The position numbers and the translations under genes are program-made. Positions 8,825 through 16,909 of a stretch of DNA of 46,736 nucleotides are shown in pieces (position 1 is the first letter of the stretch; each line of letters starts with the position of its first letter). The notes under the pieces were generated by a model. The model was not told the DNA's origin. It saw nothing but the letters and a program-made list of their open reading frames with translations, and ran no database searches. Source of the DNA: a virus (Duplodnaviria; Caudoviricetes); the IMG/VR virus record IMGVR_UViG_3300012943_000014, positions 1-46,736 of that record; one strand, written 5' to 3'.

Positions 8825-9780
8825 TGTGCGGTGGCAAGAGCAGCACGGTCGCAGCGCCCGATCCGATGAAGGAGGCGGAGGCGCAGATCAAGCAGCTACA
8901 GGCGCAGTACGACCTCGACCAGAAGGCGTCGGTGGCGGCAGCGCAGCAGGCGGCTGCTAAGGAAGCGGAGGACCGCTCGCAGTGGACCGCGGACCTCGGT
9001 GCGTCGCGCAATCAGGCGCTCAGTGGCATCAAGAACCTGTTCAAGTCGAAGGGCGTGGACAGCAGTGACTACATGGACCGCATCACTGCCGCGCTCGATC
9101 TGGAGCAGGGCGGCAAGGCGTTCGGTGGTAGCACTGGGTTCAGCAGCTCGCTCGGCAACACCGTGCTCGACGACATCCGCAACGCGACGATCAAGCAGAA
9201 CCAGCAAGCGATCAGCAAGTTCGCGCCTGCGGGCTACAGCGACAACGCGTTCGCATCGACTGCGGACGACGCGATCATCGACGCCATCCTCGGCGAGCAG
9301 TTCGGTGACGCGAGTGACGCGATCATGCGCGCACGTGACCGTGGCACGCTCAACGATGTCGGCTACGACTACGCGATGAAGAACCTCGGCACGCAAAGGA
9401 CGGCGGCCAACAGCAAGTTGCAGGACATCGGCGGTGGCATCCTCGGTGGGTATCGCACGTCGCTCGACGACATCGTCAAGAACGCGAACACCGCTGCGGG
9501 ATCGTGGGACTTCGGCAGCACGTTCGACCCGAACACGTACCAGAAGCAGCTCACGTCCAAGCAGAGCGACCTCTCGGGCGGCCTCGAAGGCGCGATCCGC
9601 AACGCAGCGGGCGGCGAGCAGTTCTTCGACATCGCGTCGCTGATCCAGAAGGGCGGCATCGGGCAGGGCGCGACCAACACCGGCATGGGCGCGCAGAGCG
9701 GTTCACTGCTGTCCGCCATCAAGGACCGCAAGACAGACGAGGAGAAAGAGCGCGGCCTCGGTACGCAGGGAGCATTCTGA
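8824..9780 (+). CDS. Internal virion (ejection) protein, 318 aa
   Basis: MCGG N-terminus; Ala/Gln/Gly-rich helical sequence; position. Confidence 0.6.
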   Translation: MCGGKSSTVAAPDPMKEAEAQIKQLQAQYDLDQKASVAAAQQAAAKEAEDRSQWTADLGASRNQALSGIKNLFKSKGVDSSDYMDRITAALDLEQGGKAFGGSTGFSSSLGNTVLDDIRNATIKQNQQAISKFAPAGYSDNAFASTADDAIIDAILGEQFGDASDAIMRARDRGTLNDVGYDYAMKNLGTQRTAANSKLQDIGGGILGGYRTSLDDIVKNANTAAGSWDFGSTFDPNTYQKQLTSKQSDLSGGLEGAIRNAAGGEQFFDIASLIQKGGIGQGATNTGMGAQSGSLLSAIKDRKTDEEKERGLGTQGAF

Positions 9781-9781
9781 C

Positions 9782-10750
9782 ATGGACCCGATCACCATCG
9801 CGATGCTCGCATCGACTGCTGCTGGTGGTCTTAGCAGCATCATAGGCGGTGTCGAGCAGAACCGTGCCAATCAGGTCAACGAGCAGATCAGCCTGCAAAA
9901 CTTCTACAGGCAGATCGCTGCACAGCGCAACGCACAGGTGGAGGCGCAGCGTCAGCAGGGCGAGGCCAAGCAGGGCACGACCGACGCAGCCGGCAACCGC
10001 ACGTACTTCGTGCCGGGGCGTGGCTGGGTCACGGACCTGTCGGAGAACCAGCAGGCATTGCAGACCGGCACCGAGCAGGAGCAGCTTCGTGCGCTCACTG
10101 ATGACACTGCTCGTAACCGTGTTATCGCGGGGCGCAATGAGGGGCGGCAGGGGCAGGAGGATGCCCTCGCGTCGATGGCGCTGCGCGAGTTGCAGGGCGT
10201 GCAGCGGCCCGATCAGGATGCACTGCGGCAGCTATTCCTCGCCCGTGGTGCCGAGACGCGCAACGATGCAGCCGACCGTGCGGGCGAGATGGTCGCACGT
10301 CAGGGCATCCGCGCGGGTGGCGGCGTCAATGCAGCCGAGCTGACGCGTGATGCACGAGCAGCGAGCGATGCGCAGTCGTCTCGGCAGGCGGGCGTCGATG
10401 CGCAGTTGTCAGCGATGCAGACTGCGGACAGTCAGTACAACAGCGACATCGACCGTGCGTCGAAGATGTACGACTACTTCCGTCGTGCGTCCACGGCTGG
10501 TGCAACGCCCGTCAACGGCTACTCACCGCAGGGTCCGCAGGCGCGTTCGACGGGCAGTGCCGATCAGCAGCTACTCTCGATCATGCGCGGGTCGCCACAG
10601 ATGGAGTACCAGTCGCCCAACTACGCAATGGGCGATACGCTCACCGACCTGTCGAAGCTCGGCATGTCTGCTGTCAACACGAAGCACCAGATCGACATGG
10701 ACAACGAGTTGCTCAAGCGGTGGGGTGCTAACACAGGAGCGATCAGCTAA
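9782..10750 (+). CDS. Internal virion (ejection) protein, 322 aa
   Basis: MDPITIAMLASTAAGGLSSIIGG hydrophobic Gly/Ala N-terminus followed by a Gln-rich coiled coil. Confidence 0.65.
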   Translation: MDPITIAMLASTAAGGLSSIIGGVEQNRANQVNEQISLQNFYRQIAAQRNAQVEAQRQQGEAKQGTTDAAGNRTYFVPGRGWVTDLSENQQALQTGTEQEQLRALTDDTARNRVIAGRNEGRQGQEDALASMALRELQGVQRPDQDALRQLFLARGAETRNDAADRAGEMVARQGIRAGGGVNAAELTRDARAASDAQSSRQAGVDAQLSAMQTADSQYNSDIDRASKMYDYFRRASTAGATPVNGYSPQGPQARSTGSADQQLLSIMRGSPQMEYQSPNYAMGDTLTDLSKLGMSAVNTKHQIDMDNELLKRWGANTGAIS

Positions 10751-11352
10751 TGGCTGTCCCGACGTTTCGCGGTCCCGGCTTCGGCGGTGATGTAGCCGGG
10801 CTGCTCGATCAGGTGCGTGCGAACAGTGCGTCGCGCACGCAAGCGGAGTTGACCGCCAACTCCGAGATCATGCGCAACCTGATGAACAATGCGCCCGAGA
10901 TCGCGCAGGCATTCGGCGGTGCGGTGCCCGACAGGATCGCACAGTCGATGGGCGGTGCGAAGGACGTGTTGTTCGGTGGCGACTATGCATCGGCGATGGA
11001 TCGTCTGAACATGCAGAAGATGCAGGCCGACATCGCGCGGCTCAACCGTGTCGGCAAGGGCGGTGGCGGTGGCAGTAGCGGTGGCGGCAAGGCGACCGAG
11101 TGGCTGATCCGCAACGGCCAGACAGGTGAGGAGACATGGGTCGATCCGTCCGACCTCGACGCGAGTGTGCTGTCGGAGCTGCGTGGTGCAGGTGGTGAAT
11201 GGCAGGTGCTGCGCTATGGCCGTCTCAACAAGACGCCGAGCGGCATCAACGTGCCACCGTCTGGTGATGGCGGTGGCAGCGGCGACTTGGCTGGCGTCAC
11301 CAAGGTCGGCGACACGTACTACGATGACGTAACCGGTCAGCCTGTCGAGTGA
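10750..11352 (+). CDS. Putative internal virion protein (200 aa)
   Basis: TAATG coupling; Gly-rich; located in the ejection cluster. Confidence 0.6.
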   Translation: MAVPTFRGPGFGGDVAGLLDQVRANSASRTQAELTANSEIMRNLMNNAPEIAQAFGGAVPDRIAQSMGGAKDVLFGGDYASAMDRLNMQKMQADIARLNRVGKGGGGGSSGGGKATEWLIRNGQTGEETWVDPSDLDASVLSELRGAGGEWQVLRYGRLNKTPSGINVPPSGDGGGSGDLAGVTKVGDTYYDDVTGQPVE

Positions 11353-11356
11353 CACG

Positions 11357-14300
11357 ATGCCCACACCCCCTCCCGGAAGCCCTCTCGCGCTCGCACTAGA
11401 GCAGCAGCAGGCAGCGTCGAAGCCGGCACCGCCACCGGATAGCCCGCTCGCACGTGCATTGGAAGCACAGAAAAGCGGCGCGACGGTAACACCTGTTACC
11501 GCGCCGACCAGTGACGGGCCGATGCCGCGTCCGCGTGCAGAGACGCTGCCTGTGCAGATACCACGCGACGAGCCGACGCCCGATGCTCCACCGAGCAGGC
11601 CCATGCCACCGCCCGGTTCGCCTCTCGACCTCGCCATGCGTGAGGAAGGGCAAGAGAGCCTCGCCATGCGCAGTGGTCGCCGTGGTGTGCAGGAGATTGC
11701 ATCCGCGCCCGGTGCCATCTCTGGCTTGTACGGCCTCGCTGGTGCGGCTATCGACAAGTTCGCGAAGGGCGAGCCGTGGGGCGACGCGGTGCTGTCTGAC
11801 GAGGGCAAGCAGCTCATCACCGAGGCAGAGGCAGGTGATGAAGAAGCGCGACGCATCATCGCCGAGCACCCCGAGGCAGTGCTCCGTACCGGCTTGCAGA
11901 GTGCGATGGAGTGGTACAAGTGGGGTGGCGACATCGCTGGCGTCACGAACAACCCTGATGGCAGCGTCCCTCTCGATGAGGAAGTCGGCGGCGTGCTGCT
12001 CTCGACCGCCGCAACTCTGCCCGCTTCGATCTTCAGCAAGCCCGCAGCCGCGATCAACCGCGTGACGAACACCGCCGTACGCACGGGCCTCAAGGTCGCG
12101 CTGCGTGGCGTCGAGTTGGCGACACCGATGACGGTGCTCGATCCGGCTGCGACGGTGACACGCAAGGGCGCCATCATGGGCGCGAACCTCGGCGTCGGCA
12201 TCGCAGTGAACGACGCAACGCGCGCATTGGCGGAGGAGCCGACCGTCGCAGGCATGCTCATCCAGCAGGACCGCGAGGACAGCATCACGTCCGGGTCGGT
12301 AACGCCTGTTACGGGTGTGCCAGATGCGGAGGCAGGCGACAGTGGTAGCGAGGTAGCGGCCACGGGAGCGGCTGTGGCGGGCCTAGGGGCGCTCGGGCTG
12401 GCTCTGCGACCGGGTGGCGCGGCACGGCTGGCACGTGGGGCTGCACAGGCCGGTAGCGCGCCTACCGGGGCCGTGGCTGCTATGGGGTCCAAAGTGCGCC
12501 GTGTCGGTGCAACGCTCACCAACGACGCAGGACTGCTAGTCGATGACGTGCGCACGACGGTAGGCAAGGCTGAGGCCGAGCAGTACGACACCATGCTCAC
12601 CGCACTGACGCGTCACTCGAACGAGGCGACGTATCAGCGATACACGACGCTCGGTCTGCTCGGGCAGGATGGTGAGTTCCGCGTGCCACCCAAGACGGCA
12701 CTCGACAATGCGCACGCATCGCTGACACCGCAGCAGAAGGAGATATTCCAGCTAGGCATGAGCGCGCGTCACGAGCGGGCCGAGCGTGGGCTGGCGCAAC
12801 CGAAGCCGCGTCTCCCCGTCTCGGACACCGAGTTGCAGATACGCATCGACGCTGCTACCAACGATCCCAAGATCAAGCAGGTCATGGACGCGTACGACCA
12901 GACGGTGCGTGGCGTTGCTCGCTGGGAGCATGCAGTCGGTGGCATCGACGCACCAGAGCTGGCCCGTCGCTCGACCCGTGCATTCGTGCCGCAGATCGAG
13001 GCTGCTGACCTCGTGAAAGGCGTGCGCAGTGCCAAGCGCAAGGTGCAGCTATGGGCATCGCGCATGCAGGGCAAGACGCTCGACCCCGTTGAGATCGAAG
13101 GCGGTGGTGGCATCCGTGAGCCTGCCGACGCGATGTCCGCACTCGCGCACTACATGCGTGACAAGACCTCCAAGGTCAACGAGATGCAGGCGCGCAGGGC
13201 ATACCTGAACATGATCGCAGACGCGCCCGACACGTCGTTCAAGAACGGTGTGCGCAGTGTCGTGCGCGTGCGTGACGCTGCCCATGCCAAGACGCTCAAG
13301 GGGTACGCGATCAAGGTGCCCGTGGACGGCAAGATGCAGGAGTTCCGCGTCGCTGATCCGCGCACGAAGCGGCTGCTAGAGTTCCAGCCGCATGCGGTGT
13401 CACCGACGAACGAGTTCCTGCGTCGCACGTTCCAGAAGTTCACCACCGGCAACTTCAACCCGTTGTTCGCACCGACCGCGCTCATGTACGACGCCATGTT
13501 CGGCATGCTCGCTGCCAATACCGACAAGGTGGTGTCGGGCTTCCTCGATCAAGGGCTCGTCAAGGTCGGTGCGCCATCGCTCGTACGTGCTGCGCTCGCC
13601 CCGGTAACACGTGCTATCGACACGCCACTGCTCGTGTTCGAGGGCATCATCGAAGGCGGCATGGGTCGCTATCGGCAGATGATCGCTGAGAAGATGGCGC
13701 AGAACGTGCAGATGCTCGGTGGCAACGTGACGCCCGTTGCTGCGGCACGTGCTGCCGACGCGTTCCTCAAGACGAAGTACGGGCTGATGCACCTAAGCGG
13801 GTACTCGTCCAATTCGTTCGCGAGCGACATCGAGAAGCTGAACCGCGTCGAGCGTGTACTCAACAAGACCGGGTACGTGGACATGCTCGACACGATCCGT
13901 GACGCGTATCGCATGGGGCTGTTCTCACGCAACGTGGCAGCAGCGAAGATGGCACTGCCTCCCGGTGACACGATCTCGCGTGCCACGTACGACCAGATCA
14001 CGAAGCACGTGCGCGATGTCGCCAGTGACCCGTCTCGGCGTGGCACCGTGGACTGGTTCAACAAGACGCTGTCGGGCATCCCCTATGGCGGCGTGATGGT
14101 GCACTCGGTGTCGCACCTGTTCGCGCAGTGGAAGAACCCGGCTGCGTACAGCGTGGTGCTAGGCGTCACTGCTGCGAAGTGGTACTCCGAGGCGACCATG
14201 TCACCCGAGGCACGCGACTATGTGCAGAACAAGACGCCCGACTATGCGCGCATTGCCAACATGTACGTGGAGCTGCCGCACGAGGGTGAGCCGTTCGACG

Positions 14301-15307
14301 CTGGCAAGCATCTGATCACCATCGGCCTCGCACCGGAGCTAGGCGGGCTGACGACCATCGCATCGACGCTGTTCAGCGGCATGTTCGGTGAGGACACGTC
14401 CGTCGAGACGCCGATGGGGCAACGCATCATCGGTGCAGTCGGTGAGCTGTTCAGCCTTGGCGTGCCCGTGCTGGCGAACATCGCGACGAGTGCGCTCGGG
14501 TACGGGCAGATCAACGTCGGCGGCTTGGTACAGCGCGGTGAGCCGTTCCGTGAGCCGTTCGAGGATGGTGGCCTGTCGGAGCAGCGTGGCACGGGGCTCA
14601 ATCAGGGCATCATCACCGACCGCGTGTACAACCTGCTCGTGTCTGCGCTCGGTACAAGCGGTCGCATCTGGGGCGAGGCCGCCGAGGTCATGGACAGTCA
14701 GGTAGAGAAGTACGACCGTGGCTACTTCGACGCGATGGACCGCGTGTTCGACGTTGTGCGTGAGGGCTACGTCGATAAGCAGATCGCACGGTACAACCTG
14801 TTCGACCAGTCGAAGCTGGTGCGTCCGCTTGGCACGCATAGCAGCAGCCGCGCCTACGAGATCGACGGTGCGTTGGAGCGCATGACCACGGTGATGCGTG
14901 CGCTACACCCGACGCTCAACGAGCCGCTCGATGCGGACATCCCGTTCTCGAAGCTCATCACCGAGATGCCGCAGAAGCTGTCGAACAAGGTGCTACAGAA
15001 GCAGGGCACGTACGTCGCAGAATACTTCGGCAGTCCGATGCACGCGCGTCAGATGGACGAGATCAGTCAGCTACGCAAGTCGTACCGTCGCATGCAGGGG
15101 AACAAGGACAAGGCCGTGCCCCTGCGCGTCGTCAACCACTCGCTCAACCGTGCGAACGACATGATGATGGAGCGGTACGGCATCGTGCTCGATGAGTACG
15201 GCGAGTTCGAGACGTTCATGCGTGAGAAGTTCGATGACCCCGACTGGACGCTCGACAGCTTCGTGGATGCGGTGGATGACAACCTGCGTAGGCGTCACGC
15301 TAGTTAA
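11357..15307 (+). CDS. Large internal virion / DNA ejection protein (1316 aa)
   Basis: Largest ORF and last gene of the virion arm; helical, with Gly/Ala hydrophobic segments. Confidence 0.7.
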   Translation: MPTPPPGSPLALALEQQQAASKPAPPPDSPLARALEAQKSGATVTPVTAPTSDGPMPRPRAETLPVQIPRDEPTPDAPPSRPMPPPGSPLDLAMREEGQESLAMRSGRRGVQEIASAPGAISGLYGLAGAAIDKFAKGEPWGDAVLSDEGKQLITEAEAGDEEARRIIAEHPEAVLRTGLQSAMEWYKWGGDIAGVTNNPDGSVPLDEEVGGVLLSTAATLPASIFSKPAAAINRVTNTAVRTGLKVALRGVELATPMTVLDPAATVTRKGAIMGANLGVGIAVNDATRALAEEPTVAGMLIQQDREDSITSGSVTPVTGVPDAEAGDSGSEVAATGAAVAGLGALGLALRPGGAARLARGAAQAGSAPTGAVAAMGSKVRRVGATLTNDAGLLVDDVRTTVGKAEAEQYDTMLTALTRHSNEATYQRYTTLGLLGQDGEFRVPPKTALDNAHASLTPQQKEIFQLGMSARHERAERGLAQPKPRLPVSDTELQIRIDAATNDPKIKQVMDAYDQTVRGVARWEHAVGGIDAPELARRSTRAFVPQIEAADLVKGVRSAKRKVQLWASRMQGKTLDPVEIEGGGGIREPADAMSALAHYMRDKTSKVNEMQARRAYLNMIADAPDTSFKNGVRSVVRVRDAAHAKTLKGYAIKVPVDGKMQEFRVADPRTKRLLEFQPHAVSPTNEFLRRTFQKFTTGNFNPLFAPTALMYDAMFGMLAANTDKVVSGFLDQGLVKVGAPSLVRAALAPVTRAIDTPLLVFEGIIEGGMGRYRQMIAEKMAQNVQMLGGNVTPVAAARAADAFLKTKYGLMHLSGYSSNSFASDIEKLNRVERVLNKTGYVDMLDTIRDAYRMGLFSRNVAAAKMALPPGDTISRATYDQITKHVRDVASDPSRRGTVDWFNKTLSGIPYGGVMVHSVSHLFAQWKNPAAYSVVLGVTAAKWYSEATMSPEARDYVQNKTPDYARIANMYVELPHEGEPFDAGKHLITIGLAPELGGLTTIASTLFSGMFGEDTSVETPMGQRIIGAVGELFSLGVPVLANIATSALGYGQINVGGLVQRGEPFREPFEDGGLSEQRGTGLNQGIITDRVYNLLVSALGTSGRIWGEAAEVMDSQVEKYDRGYFDAMDRVFDVVREGYVDKQIARYNLFDQSKLVRPLGTHSSSRAYEIDGALERMTTVMRALHPTLNEPLDADIPFSKLITEMPQKLSNKVLQKQGTYVAEYFGSPMHARQMDEISQLRKSYRRMQGNKDKAVPLRVVNHSLNRANDMMMERYGIVLDEYGEFETFMREKFDDPDWTLDSFVDAVDDNLRRRHAS

Positions 15308-16526
15308 GCACTGCGCCTCGTAAGGCATCGACCTTCTCGCGATGCGTCGTCTTGTCCGTGCGGAAGTAGCGACGCGCTCTCGGCCCACCGCGACGCTGCC
15401 CGGTGCGGCCCTCGATGCCTATGCGCACCATGCCTAGCTCGTTCATGTACTCCATGACGATGCGGAAGTCCTCAGCAGACATGAAGTGTCGCACGCTTGC
15501 ATACATGGGAGTGTGCGGTACGCCCACTGCACCTGCCTCGATCAGCAGGCGCGTGATTCGGTCGATGCCCTGTGCCATGCGCACCGACGTGCCACGCGCA
15601 CTGAACACCTGCAACGCACCAGCCTTGGCGAGTGCGATCACCCTGATGGCTTTGTTCAGGTGATTGAGGTCGATGGCGAGGCTACCGTCGTTGATGGCGA
15701 GCGTTGCAGCTAGACGCAGCACGTGGCTGTCCTCGCGTCCGTAGAACGATGCGAGGAACGGATCACTCGTGAGCGTGTCACGCTGACGATACCACGACTG
15801 GTAGCGTCGCATGGCTGCGGGCATCAGCTCGATGCGCTCGACCTCACGTGCACGGGCTATGCACGATTGCAGCTGTGTCGCGCACTCGGTGATCGTGGTG
15901 GCTACGCTAGGCCACGGCACCCGCTGCTTTGGCTTCTCGGCATGCACGAAGATGCAGCGCGACGTGAAGCCGCCCTCGATCACGCTCGGGTTGACCGCAC
16001 CGACGAGCCATGATGGCGTGCTGGCGCTGATGAACGTCACGAATGCGTTCTCGATCACGCGCTGTCCACGTGACACGCTGCCACCGGTGCGCATCTTCGG
16101 GCAGTCGTAGAGGTCCGTGAGCATCGCAGGTAGCTCGATGACGTAGCTCTCACGTCCGAGGAACGTGACTAGCTCACTGACGGCGATGCCGATATGCGGC
16201 TGCTGCGCTAGTCGGTCGAATAGATGCTCGGGCGTGGCGCGCCCTTCGAGCAGGTGCGCATCGCTTAGCACTTCGCTAACGGTGTCACGAGACATGCGTA
16301 TCGCCGTGCTCTTGCGAGTGACACCGCTCTCGGACACGAGCATCACGTACCAGTTCATGTGGATGGGCGAGTGCGGGCGAGGGACATACACCCCCCGCCC
16401 TACGCACGTGCCGAGCGCCCACACCGCTGTCCAGAAGTCGTACTCCGACGGCGTCTCCAACGGCGAGCACATGAGCATGTACTCGCCGATGAAGCTGTCG
16501 CGTGGGACGAGACGTGCGTAGTTCAT
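15300..16526 (-). CDS. DUF3987-type P-loop helicase/ATPase (408 aa) with no primase domain
   Basis: Walker A-like LVSESGVTRKST; LTDLYD; ISASTPSWL; GGFTSRCIFV; winged-helix-like C-terminus. Confidence 0.75.
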   Translation of the reverse strand: MNYARLVPRDSFIGEYMLMCSPLETPSEYDFWTAVWALGTCVGRGVYVPRPHSPIHMNWYVMLVSESGVTRKSTAIRMSRDTVSEVLSDAHLLEGRATPEHLFDRLAQQPHIGIAVSELVTFLGRESYVIELPAMLTDLYDCPKMRTGGSVSRGQRVIENAFVTFISASTPSWLVGAVNPSVIEGGFTSRCIFVHAEKPKQRVPWPSVATTITECATQLQSCIARAREVERIELMPAAMRRYQSWYRQRDTLTSDPFLASFYGREDSHVLRLAATLAINDGSLAIDLNHLNKAIRVIALAKAGALQVFSARGTSVRMAQGIDRITRLLIEAGAVGVPHTPMYASVRHFMSAEDFRIVMEYMNELGMVRIGIEGRTGQRRGGPRARRYFRTDKTTHREKVDALRGAVLN

Positions 16527-16540
16527 TGTGGTAACACGTG

Positions 16541-16909
16541 TTACTCGATGTCCCGGTAGGATGGCGTGATGGTCACTTCGCTACTCTCATTCGTCAGCCG
16601 ACGCACTATCTCTGCACGCACTTCGCTGTCGATCAGCTCGACGATGCGCAATGCGAACTGATGCTTCGCGCCCTCGACACGGATGATGTGCTCGAACGTC
16701 GCAGCCGCTACCTCGTACGTGGTCGAGCGTGCTCGGCATAGCTGGCACCTGCGTCGTCTGCGGATGCACGAGACGTCGAGATAGACAGTCGGTCGGCTGT
16801 CGAGCACGTCGGTGAGATAGCCGTCGCGACACTTCGGGCACTTGATCTTGCCCTCCGTGCTCGGGTCGTGCGTTGGTACGACCTGTGCGTCCTCTACGTC
16901 GTCGGTCAT
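16541..16909 (-). CDS. NrdR-like zinc-ribbon protein lacking the ATP-cone (122 aa)
   Basis: KCPKC..VLDSR..IRRRRRCQLC..RSTTYE matches the NrdR N-terminal domain. Confidence 0.8.
   Translation of the reverse strand: MTDDVEDAQVVPTHDPSTEGKIKCPKCRDGYLTDVLDSRPTVYLDVSCIRRRRRCQLCRARSTTYEVAAATFEHIIRVEGAKHQFALRIVELIDSEVRAEIVRRLTNESSEVTITPSYRDIE

Noticed and set aside
977-12600. Long - strand ORFs 977-2101, 6948-8363 and 10747-12600
   Set aside because: They are antisense shadows of well-supported + strand genes in a GC-rich genome and have implausible composition.
16531-16544. Identifying the palindrome as parS, matS or a LexA box
   Set aside because: It shares only part of each (parS GTTTCACGTGAAAC, matS GTGAC-N3-GTCAC, Gram-positive LexA GAAC-N4-GTTC). 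The arms differ consistently and the spacer varies.
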